A stretch of 64,000 bases of DNA from Caecitellus pseudoparvulus. Taxonomy: Eukaryota > Protista > Bigyra: Bicosoecida. The DNA lies in contig CBFFRQ010000091.1 of the NCBI GenBank assembly GCA_965644315.1, positions 62,001 to 126,000 of the forward strand, given 5' to 3'. Positions 47,990 through 58,700 of the stretch are shown here, one piece after another (the first letter of the stretch is position 1; each line of letters begins with the position of its first letter). The position numbers and the translations under genes were made by a program. The notes under the pieces are model-generated. The model worked only from the letters and a program-made list of their open reading frames with translations. It made no database searches and was not told where the DNA came from.

Positions 47990-49210
47990 TCACGTGCGCC
48001 GCTTCTTGGGCTGGGAGGGGCCCGTGCCGGCAGATGGCGGCCCGCTGGCGGGCGCCGGCGGCAGGAGGTGCCCTGCGCTGGACAGTGCCTCCACTGCCGT
48101 GCGTTCATCCTGGGCCATGGCCAGGCCATGGCTGCCTTGCGTGAACGTGCTGAACATGTGGTCCAGGCTGGTCATGCGGGGGACGCCGGCCAGGTGCCCA
48201 CCAGCGCCACCGGTCGGCACTGGCGGGGCAACGGTCGTGTCCCCGCCCCCCGTGGTGCCGTCCGGAGCAAAGCTGAACTGCAAGTCGGAGCTGCGGATGC
48301 GCTTGATGCCGGCTGCGGCTCCGGAGCCGCCAGCGGGGCTGGGGCGTGCAGCTGCCGGCACACCGGCTGGGTTGCTGGCAGTGGTGAGGGGCAGCCCAGT
48401 GGCGGTGTGGGAGGCAGGTGCCGACACGCCTGGCAGGGGCATGTGGGCCGTGGCCATGCCTGCGTGCTGCATGGCCAGCTGGTGGCTGCGTCCCTGCTGC
48501 TGTGCCTGCAGGGGCGACCAGCCCCGCCCCGCCATGCCCATGTTGCGACCGGCCGGGCTCGTTGCCATGCTGCGCAGCACCGACTCCATGCGGGCCATGC
48601 GGGTTTCCTGGCTGTGCAGGAGGGACCGCAGGCTCTCTGTGGAGGAAGCCAGGTTGGCAATCTGCCCGGACATGCCCTGCAGCATTTCCAGCACTGCAGC
48701 CGGGACGGCGCCGTCTGCCTCGTGACGGTTGGAGCGGGGGCGCGACACGAAGCGCTCGCCAGTGCGGCGCTTGGACATGACGACGATGGCGCGGGAGAAG
48801 ATGCCACCCGTGGCGTGCTTGCCCAGCGCCTTCAGCGCGGCGGCATCCTCAGCAGGCATGCTGTCCACGTCGGGTTGCACATGCAGCTTGAAGCGCTGCC
48901 CGTCTTTGCGGCGGGACACTTTCTCCAGGCGAAAGTTAATGGTGACATTGGGCTCATCATCTGTCAGCTGGTACCGCTCGAATTTGTTCTTGAGCAGGTT
49001 CAGAATGCTCTGGTCGGCGTCCCCGACGCGCTGCTCCGATTCAAAGTACAAGTCGATTTTCAGGGGCACAGGGCAGGGCAGGGCAGGCGCAGCCAGTCCA
49101 ATGGTGCAGCTGAGGTGGTTGGCCTTGCCACCCTCGTCCTTGTAGAACTCTGCTGACGGCTCGACGAGCACTTGCAGGAGGCTTTTTGCCTTGCGAGTGG
49201 AGGCGGCCAT
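47990..49210 (-). CDS. Putative transcription factor with CudA-like (beta-sandwich) DNA-binding domain plus coiled coil
   Basis: FYKDEGG...VPLKIDLYFES...QSILNLL...INFRLEKVSRRKDGQRFKLHVQPD...FSRAIVVMSKRR, then a heptad segment and a disordered tail. The family call is from motif memory. Confidence 0.55.
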   Translation of the reverse strand: MAASTRKAKSLLQVLVEPSAEFYKDEGGKANHLSCTIGLAAPALPCPVPLKIDLYFESEQRVGDADQSILNLLKNKFERYQLTDDEPNVTINFRLEKVSRRKDGQRFKLHVQPDVDSMPAEDAAALKALGKHATGGIFSRAIVVMSKRRTGERFVSRPRSNRHEADGAVPAAVLEMLQGMSGQIANLASSTESLRSLLHSQETRMARMESVLRSMATSPAGRNMGMAGRGWSPLQAQQQGRSHQLAMQHAGMATAHMPLPGVSAPASHTATGLPLTTASNPAGVPAAARPSPAGGSGAAAGIKRIRSSDLQFSFAPDGTTGGGDTTVAPPVPTGGAGGHLAGVPRMTSLDHMFSTFTQGSHGLAMAQDERTAVEALSSAGHLLPPAPASGPPSAGTGPSQPKKRRT

Positions 49211-49736
49211 TTTGGCAGACCCTGTGTACGGGATGGGCACCGTGTTCAGGGGCAGGGGGGCCGAGACTTGCGCCACTGGGGCGAGGGTGACCATGTTTTC
49301 ACGGTCCACAACACAACAATCACGCCACAGCACACGCGCGCTGCGTGGCAAGCTCAGCTACGTCAGCGCTTGATGGGAGAAACGTCACGGCGGAAGCAGG
49401 GAAACACCCTGGCTTTCACGGCACGTTCCAGGAAAGGCACACCGATGGAGGTGTGTTTCTGGGCACAATGGGGGGCATTCTGCGCACTCACGCAGTTGTA
49501 GATTGGCGAGGGAGGCGTTTGGTGCTCGAAGAATCGGAGCGGGCGGGTGGTGCGCCGCCTGGCGTCGGCTGGCTTGCCTGGTACAACGGGCCGCGGCAGG
49601 GGTGTGCGGGGGGGCTGCGTGCGTGAGCTTTGCAGGCGAAAAGTCAGGGAGCCTTCTCAACATCAACCGAGCGGAGAGGTGACTGGGTTTTGCGTCGCCG
49701 CAGCAGCTCTCCTGCTCGCTGCAGCCCCCCACCGCC

Positions 49737-50217
49737 ATGGCAAGCACGGCAACCTCCCCTGCTGCACCCCTGGTCACGGTGCAGTTGCTCCCTGGCCATG
49801 CTCCATCGAGCACTGTGCAAGTCGGCCCCGACCAGGCCCCCGCGAAGGCAGAGGAGGTGGATGCGGGGGACTTCTCGCACGGCTACACGGGTGTGCACGA
49901 CCATGGGGCGTTACCAGCTCCCGCTGTGAATGCGTACACTGCCGTCCTGCGGGCCATGGAGGTGGGTGCCGGGCGGTTGGGCTGCACGCGTGGCCAGGGC
50001 GATCGCACTGCCTGCCTCAACCCTTCCCAACTGCAGGTTGCAAAGGACCAGACAGATGCTGCGCTGAAGGCGCTGGATGCCCAGGAGAAAGCGCAGGATG
50101 CCACACAACCGCCGGCCGGCAAGGTGAGGGTGCAAAATCCGCAGCCCGTCACCAACGGTGGGCCTCACACTGCCCCTCCTCATGCCTGCAAACCTCCAGA
50201 GAACCAAAGCGAGCTGA
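49737..50217 (+). CDS. Small hypothetical protein (3 exons)
   Basis: ATG in gccATGg context. Introns gtgggt...ctgcag (~49962-50036) and gtgagg...ctccag (~50124-50199) give a ~110-aa product ending RTKAS*. Confidence 0.55.
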
Positions 50218-50234
50218 CATATGTGTATTATCAT

Positions 50235-51880
50235 CTACATACTGCGCCGAATGCGCCGCGCCTTCGCCCGGAGGGTCCGCAAGAAGGGGGGCGCTGGAGG
50301 GCGCCGTTTGGTGCCGCGGCGGCCAGACGTCTCTGGCGCAGGGGCGCCTGGCCCAGAGGGCACGCTTGTGTCTGGAGCTGGGGGCGGGTGCTGGGAGACC
50401 ACTTGCTGATCTGAGGCTGGTGGTGGTTGCCAGGAGGCGGGGGGCAGCTTTGCAGTCCAGCCTGCGTGGGCCAAGGCACTCGCGGCCGCCTCCTGCACTT
50501 GTACCAAGGCACCGGCGCACGCTGTGACACTTTCCGAAAGGTACGCGCCTGAGGGCCCACCACTCGCTTGCAGGCACCGCTTCCACGCCTCGCACCAAGA
50601 ATGCAGCACACGCAAGTCCGCTGCCGCGTCAGCAAGGCTGGCTAGGTACACCTCAGCACCCTCCGGGACAGCCGCCGTGCCGGTCACTGCGCTGGCCTCC
50701 TCGTCACTCTCCCAGCCCTCATCGTCGCTGTCCTCCGCTGCACCCTCACCAGCACGCCTCTGGCTTGCTGTGTCACCCGGTGGTGCTCCGGGGCTTGCAC
50801 GGGGCGCCTTGCAGCCGGCGGCTGTGAGGGCGGAGGTCACCTGTGGCGGCAGCACGCCCCAAGGCAGTTGGAACAGCCCCTCCAGGGCGCCTCTCGCGGC
50901 AGCCACAGCGCTGCGACAGGTGTCAAGGCTTGGCACGCCCCCCTGCAAGGCTTCCCCAGCACACTGCTTTGCAGCTTCGGCAGCTGGGGCATGGGGTGCA
51001 CCGAGTGTGCTACTTCGCTCACGAGTTGGCTCCTCATCCTGGCGCGGCTCTTGCGCCTGTGCAAAGTACTGCTGGAGCTGCCCCCGAGCTGAAAAAAGGT
51101 GGTCGCGGACTGAGATGGGGGTGGAGGGTTGCTGCCCTGCAGCGATGCCAGCCTGCACCAGGTCTGTCATGTGCACCCGCAGCGCAGCGAGGTGCTCAGG
51201 TTGCACCACCAGTCCCGCTGGCGCAGCAGCACTGGCGATCAGCGCAGCTGTCAGCTGTGGCAGGTGCTTCGCAGCCCACCCGGCAACGTCGGGTGCTGGG
51301 ATGGGACGCAGCATGCGCTTGGCCAGGCACGCCGCGGAAGCTGCTTGGGCCAGGGCAGCCATCGCCTTGCGACGGTGCAGGGCACTGTTGCCTGCACCGT
51401 GCAGGGCAGACAGCTTGGCGGCGCTTGCGTCAAGCGCTTTCAGGCAAGTGCGCAGGGCCAGGCGCAGGCCACGGGGCTGGCCTCGAATTGTTTGCTCCAG
51501 CAGCTCCGCAAGCCCAGTCCACACTGCTGCCTGGGTATCGGGGTGCGCGTCTATGATGCGCTCTAGCAGTGACTGTGCCCGCTCATTCCAAGGCGCTGCG
51601 CTGTCTGCTGCTTGGGGAGGACTTTGCATGCTGCGGAGCAAAAGCCGCACGTGCCTTCCAACAAGCACTCGTTCGAAGCCGGGGAGCAGTCGGCGCACTT
51701 TCCAACCAACATCCATGCACCTTCTGCACAGACAATAGTCCGCATGCGACAGTCGTGAGAAGTTTTATTGCCTGCCCACGCCTGCTTTGCTTTCTGTGCT
51801 GCAAGGCTGAGCATCACTTGCTCAAACGCGGGCGCGCTCAGCGCAACCCCTCCCTGCTGTGTGCCACGGCACCAACATAG
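50235..51880 (-). CDS. Hypothetical Ala/Leu-rich helical protein (5' exons uncertain)
   Basis: 493-aa ORF 50235-51716 preceded by a gtgcag acceptor at ~51724. Acidic patch EDSDDEGWESDEE and a basic C-terminus. Confidence 0.6.
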
Positions 51881-51994
51881 CAAGGTGAGCTGCTAATATT
51901 CCCTTGTGATTCCTCTTTTCCCTGCTGCACTGCAGCTCACCTCCTCCCTGCAGCTGCTGAGCAGGAGAGCTTCGAGTAGTAGCCTCGCTGAAGC

Positions 51995-52640
51995 ATGGCT
52001 TCTGGCGACGAGGAGGGCTCGGCGAGTCCCGTCGCAGCGGCAGCAGGTGCAAGCGGCGGCACAGCACGCGCCGAAGCACCCTCTATTGATGATGCTCCAG
52101 GTATGGCATCGCGGGCAGCCCTCATCCGCTTGAGGCAGGACTTGCGAGGGATGCTGGTAAGGTCCCGCGTTTCACGGCGAAACGCCACTCTTCCACCCGC
52201 CACAATTGCCGCCACCGCTGCTGTGCGCGCAGGAAGACCCGCCAGCCGGTGTCAGTGCTGGGCCACTCGTGGAGAGCAACCTCTTTCAATGGCAGGCCAC
52301 CATTGTGGGCCCTGATGAGACGCCGTGGGAGGGAGGCATGTTTCGCCTGCGCCTGACCTTCCCAGACGAATACCCCATGAAGCCGCCCAAAGCACGCTTC
52401 ACATGCGACATGTGGCACCCCAACGTGTACCCTGACGGGACGCTGTGCCTGGACATCCTGCAGGAGAACTGGAAGCCAGTGTACTCCGTGGGCACCATCC
52501 TGTCCTCCATCCAGTCCCTGCTGGAAGACCCCAACACCGACAGCCCTGCCAACGTCGAGTGCTCGGACATGTACCTGAAGAACAAAAAGGAGTACAAGCG
52601 CCGTGTGCGCAGGTGTGCCGCCCGCACGCTGGACGACTAA
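51995..52640 (+). CDS. UBC2: Ubiquitin-conjugating enzyme E2, Rad6/UBC2 family (intron ~52157-52232; start 51995 or 52103)
   Basis: RLRQDL..M.EDPPAGVS, GPDETPWEGG, HPNVYPDGTLCLDILQ (catalytic Cys), SIQSLL.DPN.DSPAN and EYKRRV. Confidence 0.92.
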
Positions 52641-52675
52641 GCAGCGCCCACGCCTGCGCTGTGGGTGGGGGAAGT

Positions 52676-52685
52676 CAATGCATTG
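52676..52685. terminator. Palindromic CAATGCATTG, candidate bidirectional 3'-end signal (UBC2 / CCT8)
   Basis: Lies in the 49-bp gap between convergent stop codons. Confidence 0.45.
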
Positions 52686-52689
52686 CACT

Positions 52690-54670
52690 TTACATGTCTG
52701 GCGCCTGGGGTGCGCGGGGCTTGGGCCCGCCTGCCTGCTTGGCCATGATGATCTGGTCCACGCGCAGCACTGTGATGGCGGCGTCGAAGGCCAGGCGCAG
52801 GGCACTGATCTTGACGGCGGCGCTGTCCAGAATGCCGTCCGCCGCACCGTCCACGACGGAGCCACGGTCGTCCCCCATGACGTTCACGCAGGCCGACACC
52901 TGCCCGCCCGCATGCGCTGCGTACAGCGCCGCCATGGTCTCGCTGGCCTTCAGCCCCGCGTTCTCCGCCAGTGTGCGTGGGACGACCTCGAATGCCTCAG
53001 CGAAGGCACGGATGGCGTACTGCTCCAGGCCGGGCGTGCTGCTGGCCAGGGTGGTCAGCTGGTGCGCCAGCTCAGTCTCTGTCGCGCCGCCGCCGGGCAG
53101 CAGGCGTGGGTCGCGGCACAGCTGCTTGGCCACCGCCGTCGCGTCGTCCACGCTGCGGGCGACGTCCTCCAGGAAGCTCTGCGTGGCACCCCGCAGGACA
53201 ATGGTGGCGATGCCGCTGTCCTCCGCCTCGTCCTGGCGGAACACCGTCACGCGGCGCGAGGCGATCTCCTGCACCTCCACAGCCGTGGCGTGGCCCAGTT
53301 CCTCCGGCACGGGGGGCCCCACACGCACGAGGGCGGTGGCGCCGATGGCCCGGCACAGGCGGCGCAGCTCGAACTTGGACACTACCTTCACCACCATGAG
53401 CCCGTACTTCTCCAGGAAGTGCAGGGCGATCTCCGAGACGGAGCCGCCAGAGACCACCACCTTGGCGCCCGTGGCGGCGATGGCGGCAATGGTGCTCTCC
53501 ATGGCTGCCTCTTCGCCCTTGGTGAAGTCACGCAGCTGGTCGGCGTCCTTCAGCACGACGGTGCCCTTGGTGTCGGCCTCCATGGCCTCGATGCCCACGG
53601 AGAAGACGGCGATGGGCGCGTCGGAGACGGCCTTCACGGTACCCTCAGTGTCGCGGCGCACCACTGCGCCAGTGACGACGGCGGAGTTGCCGATGGTGCC
53701 GCCAACCATGGGGCTGACACGGACGCTGTCCACGTTCACGGCAGGCGCCTTGGGGGCCGCCGGCATGACGGTCGTGGCGGCCTGCGCCACCAACGGCGCG
53801 ATGATGTCCTCGTACCCGAACTGCTTGGATGCGATGACAGGCTTGAGCATGGCGGTCATGCTCGCGACGTCGCGGGGCGCCTCCAGCTTCTGCACGGCCA
53901 GGGAATCCAAGACCTCCAGGGCTTTCTTGGATGCGTTGGTGTAGCCTGAGACGATCTCAGAGGGGTGCACGCCCTGATGAGGGGGGAGGGGGGCAGGCGT
54001 AGTGCACAGCGTGAGCCAGAAACGCTGCGTGAAACGCCGGCACACGCACCGTGCGCAGCAGCTCCTCGGCCTTGCTCAGCAGCTCGCCAGCAATGGTCAC
54101 AACAAGGTTAGTTCCGTCACCCATCTGTGGGGCGAGTGGGGGGGCAGTGGCGAAACCTGGCCCGCGCGCAAGGTCGACTTCGCGCTCTCACCTCCTGCTC
54201 CTGCATCTTTGCCGCCAGCACCAGCATGCGCGCAGCGGGGTGCTGCACCTCCAGCTCACTGCACACTGTCGCAGCATCACCAGTCACGAAGATGCGCTCC
54301 AAGTGGTTGATGACCTGTGGAGCGGCCGTGCTAGGGCAGGGGTGAGCAGCAGCAAGGGCACAGCCGGGCACTCAGCACAACGGCACAGCGCAACGGCATG
54401 GCTTGTCAGTACCTGCCGTGCTGAGCCTGTGCCCCGCGCCGCGGGGCACGAAACACACAGCACAGGCATGAAGTGCAAACAACATGTAGCACACACCAGC
54501 TTGTTCATGCCGTTGGGGCCCAAGGAAGTCTTGGTGATGTCGGACAACTTCTTGGCCGCCTCGATGTTGCGGAGCACTGCCTCCTCCACGCCAGAGAAGT
54601 GCTTGAAGCCCTTCTTCAGCAGGCCGCTGACACCTGGGCGCCCTGTTTGAAAGCGCATCTTGCCGCTCAT
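52690..54670 (-). CDS. CCT8: T-complex protein 1 subunit theta (4 exons)
   Basis: KHFSGVEEAVLRNIEA, TSLGPNGMNKL, VINHLERIFVT, GDGTN, SKFELRRLC and the C-terminal VLRVDQIIMAKQAGGPKP. Confidence 0.96.
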
Positions 54671-55758
54671 GGTTGGCGCAGGTGACGGGTCTGGGTGGCT
54701 TGCAACAGGTGGGGTCCGTTCGCAGGCGATATCTAGTGCAACGCAGGTGAAACGCTGGCTGCACTCTAAAGTGAACTACGCCACATGCAAACAGCTGAGC
54801 GTGGGGTGGGTGCTTGGTAAATTAAATATATGCTCCTACTGAACCTGTGCGCAGCCAGCGTTTGTCAGGGTGTCCCACTGCCTGGGCACCTTCACTTAGG
54901 GCCTCCTGGTCTTTGATCCAGTCCGTACAGGTGCGAGCGCCAAGTGTCCATTGGCTTGCACTGCAGAAGAAAGCGCGAACGAAATTCCCGTTCCAGTGCC
55001 CAGAAAGGGATTTGCAGTGCAAGAAATGCTGCCAGTTCCAGACTGTGGCCTTTTCTGGCGTGCGTGTGCCCGAGCTTGCTAGGCATTAGCGGCCGCTCGC
55101 CCAACTGCCGCAGCTCGTACATTCTAAAATCCTACCATCAAACTTGCTCGGAATGTAAGCGTTGCATGGCATGCAGTAGCCCTGACTGCTGCTGGCGGCA
55201 GAGGCAGGCTGCGGGGAAGTTGCTCAAGAACAAAGGTCCGGCTGTCACAGATCCGGCAGACGCTCCATGTCGGGCCAGACATGTGCCACGGGCATGCTTT
55301 CGACGGCACCATCATCAGCACAAGCAACAGATATCCCGTGTCCCTGTCTCGGCGGGGCGGCTCAAGGTGGTGCGAGCGATGGCGGAGCCAAGGACAGCAG
55401 ACGCAAGCCACGGCCTCACATTGATGCCTAATCGCACACCGCCATCCCCACGCTCTACCCTCACTCTGCCCTGTCCATGGACCACACCCACAGGCGAGGC
55501 AAGTGCGTGGGGAGCGGTGAGAACAAAGAGGCTGGCGATGCAACGTAGTTCGAACACCGGCACGCATACTCCAAACACACCACACTCTCCCGCCTCTAAC
55601 GCTGCAATGTCTGCATTCTTCACTCACTGCACTCTCAAAATCAGAACACAAGATCCCCGTGCAAACCGCTCTGAGGAGACAAAGTCCGACTCCAGCCTGC
55701 AAAGGCCATCAACAAAGCGCAGTCAGCACTGGCAAGGAGGAATGTGGCAACAGCGGAG

Positions 55759-58700
55759 CTACTCTGACTTCGGCAACTGCCTCCGAGGCAAGGGCGATGA
55801 CTCTTCAATACTGACTGAAAGGTGGGATTCCAGTGACTTCATCTCGGGGGGCAGGAACCCGTCCTTAAACACTCCGAAGAAGCCAGGGATCTCAACGGCC
55901 TGTAAGTCATGGTGCTCTTTTCCCTCGTCCTGGCCCTTGGATGTGCAATAGATGAAGTAGACCTTCACATCATCTTCAGATCGGATTAGTGTCATGAGAG
56001 GAGGCTCCGTGCTGCTCCCAACCTGTGCATCAGAGTGGGGCTGCACTTCCATGGCCTCAGCCTCAACGCCAGGCATGTCGGACGCTGCTTCGGATGCCTC
56101 ACTGACGTCGTCGGCGGCCTCTTGCCCAAGGTCTGTGGGTGACGCACTTTCCTCGAAAATAGCTGCTGAGAGCACTGGATCTCTGGCAGCTTGAGTTGTC
56201 GCCAGTCGAAGCAACTCTGCCGTGGCCGCCCCAACTTGCTGACGTTGCTCCTCACCCAGCATCGTCGGATCTGTGGTTATCCCGGTGAAGTGGCCGGTGG
56301 TCGCACGTGCCTCAATTGTGCAGTTCAGGTCAATGGGGACCCCAAACATCCACAAGATGGAGTTCGCCATCGTTGTCTTCTGCTGACCTCGCTTCCCAGC
56401 TGCCTGCGTGAACTTCACCCTGTTCCCGTCCAATTCTGTGTGGTAGTTCAGATTGCACGCAAGGTTGGCAATGTCTTTTAGCGTGTTCGGAAGCTTCAAC
56501 TTCTTCAAGTCTTTCGGGGGGACGCCGGCGAACTTCAGCTTCTCCAGGGTTCTCCCGTAACCGTGCACGGACAGGGAAGAAATGGTGGTCTCGATGAAGG
56601 CCACCTCCAGCTGCCCCTGCTCCGACTCCTTCGGCCGTCTGAATACAACGAAGTCAACTGCTGGAAAGACGTGGGGAGTGCGCACCACATGCGTGTTCCC
56701 AGGCTCCAGGTTCTGCACAATCTGCACGTCCATTGGAGACAAGCCAGCCCCTGTCACCTCAAGCTTGACCCTTTCCGCCGGGAACGAGTCCTTGTCCAGC
56801 CCAAAGGAGTACGTCCGCAGCATCTCAATCGGGGGCTCGCCAGCATCCTTCGACAGTGGCGTGTACTCTGATCCGAACAGCCCCAGCTCCAACAGGGTCG
56901 TCACCGAGTCCTCGAACAGTTGCCCTGTGCCAAAGTCGGTCGCCCCTGACAGCAATGCCTCCCACGCCTTCTTCTTCGCCGGGTCGTGGCGGTTACTCGC
57001 AGCTTCTGTGTGCTTCTGGAACAGAGCTCGCATGTAGGCGTGCCTCGCTGTGTGCGACGAAAATTCCACATTGTCCTCCAACGCAAGCTTGTTCGGTCTT
57101 ATCCTCGAGAGGATCGAGGACGCTGCCAAGGAGTGATTCCAAAACACCGACAGTCCACCCGCGTTGCCCGCAAGCTCCTTGAGCGACTTGTCGGAGAAAT
57201 GATCGAAACAGCGACTCTGCATGCTCTCCATGCTTTCCTTCCAAGCGTCATGGAGCACGTTGAAGAACCACTCTTCTGGGTTCGCCGCCAATCCACGCTC
57301 TTTCAACAAACTGGCGATTTCAGCTTTACTCTTACTGCGATCCTCGATCTTTCTACGATCCTTCTCCTGGTCGCCTGCAATCTTGACAACCCGACGCAAA
57401 CTCCGAGGAACCCCGCCCAACGAATGGATCAGTTTCCGAAGGAGCTCCCGTTGTTTGTCGTCTTTCACGACAGTCAAGGCAAGGGGCGGAAGCTGAAGCG
57501 AAGTGTCTTCACCCGCCCAACTGTCAATAACCCGTGCTTTCTTGCCTGTATACGTAAGCCCCTCAGGCACCTCATACTCGGCCGGCCCCAGCATGAGCTT
57601 GAGCGCCAAGCTCGGGTCCAGCCGCTGCATCTCGAAGAAGGGGTGCTCTTTGTCAGCTGAAGAGGACGTGTCAAAAGCCTTGTTCAATGTCTGGTTCGTC
57701 TGACGGAGTGCTGCAGCGTGGAAGTCAGGGGAAAAGGCGACCACCTTGCTCGCACTTGAGTTCCAGCTCATCAAGCGCTTCAGCGATTCCCACCACCTTA
57801 CATGCTCCGTATGCTTCTTCACCAGCTGCCTGTGCAGGCGGTTGGCTTCATCAATGATGAAAGCACTTGGCAACCCCCCCTTCTCGATTGGTGTGTAGTC
57901 ACCTGCGTTGTATATTGAGTCTTCCACGAAAGCTCGGAGGAACGCATGGTGTGCATCGGTACCATGCATGCCAATCTCAGCAATCTGCTGACACAGCTCG
58001 GGAGTCCGCACACTCCTGCCACATGAGAACGAGAATCCCCCCTGAAGAAGTCGCTCAAGGAGCTTGTCAAACTTGTCAGAGTTTGGAGCGAGCACTTCTG
58101 ACTCTGACAAGTACATGACATCGCCCCCAGCCCCGATCCCGATCATCGCTGCAAGAGCCCGCAGAGAAGCAGACTTCCCCGTCCCGTGCACGGCAGTTGT
58201 CATGGTACCAAGCTGTGCTCCAAGGCAGTTGTATGCTGCCTTCACGAGCAGCTTTGCACGTGAGCGAGTCAGAACATACGTCGTAAACGTCAACTCCTCT
58301 AGTGGCACTTCAGACTCAGGCAGGTGAAGGAAGCCGTGTGCACCGGGCCTCAAGCCTGGCAATGTCACCCCGTCCAGCGGGAGGCTGGTCAAGTCAGTTT
58401 TCTCGTCTTTGAGCAGGAAAGGCAGCGATACCCAGATGGGAATTCGCAGCACTGCAGCTTTGAACTCGCCGTCGACAAAGATAGGGTAGCATCCAGTGCT
58501 CCACTTGATGTCCTTCACTGGGTCAACGCTATCCTTGAACTTTTTGTCTTTCTTAAGTCGCGCTGCGGTCAAGGGTGACTCGGGGCGAAAGGCATGCACG
58601 ACGTCCCAGTACCACGCATCTTGGGTGGTGAAGGCACGTTCAACATTGAGCAGCCAGCCAAAGTTGTCAGTCAATATTTTATGCTTCTTTCGGTTCATCT

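Noticed and set aside
49737-50217. Possible Gon7 (KEOPS)-like identity of the small protein
   Set aside because: Only size and a short helix are suggestive, with no recognisable motif.
52445-53949. Long antisense ORFs over CCT8, and equivalents over ISWI, VPS50, CAP-H2 and the CR genes
   Set aside because: They are shadow ORFs expected from high GC and codon bias, with no independent motifs.
54800-54823. Possible imperfect terminal inverted repeats of the cassette (gtggggtgggtgcttggtaaatt versus the reverse complement of 61196-61225; likewise 4024-4055 versus 11151-11180)
   Set aside because: The match needs several gaps, is dominated by G-runs, has no TSD, and lies near host gene starts where it could simply be promoter sequence.
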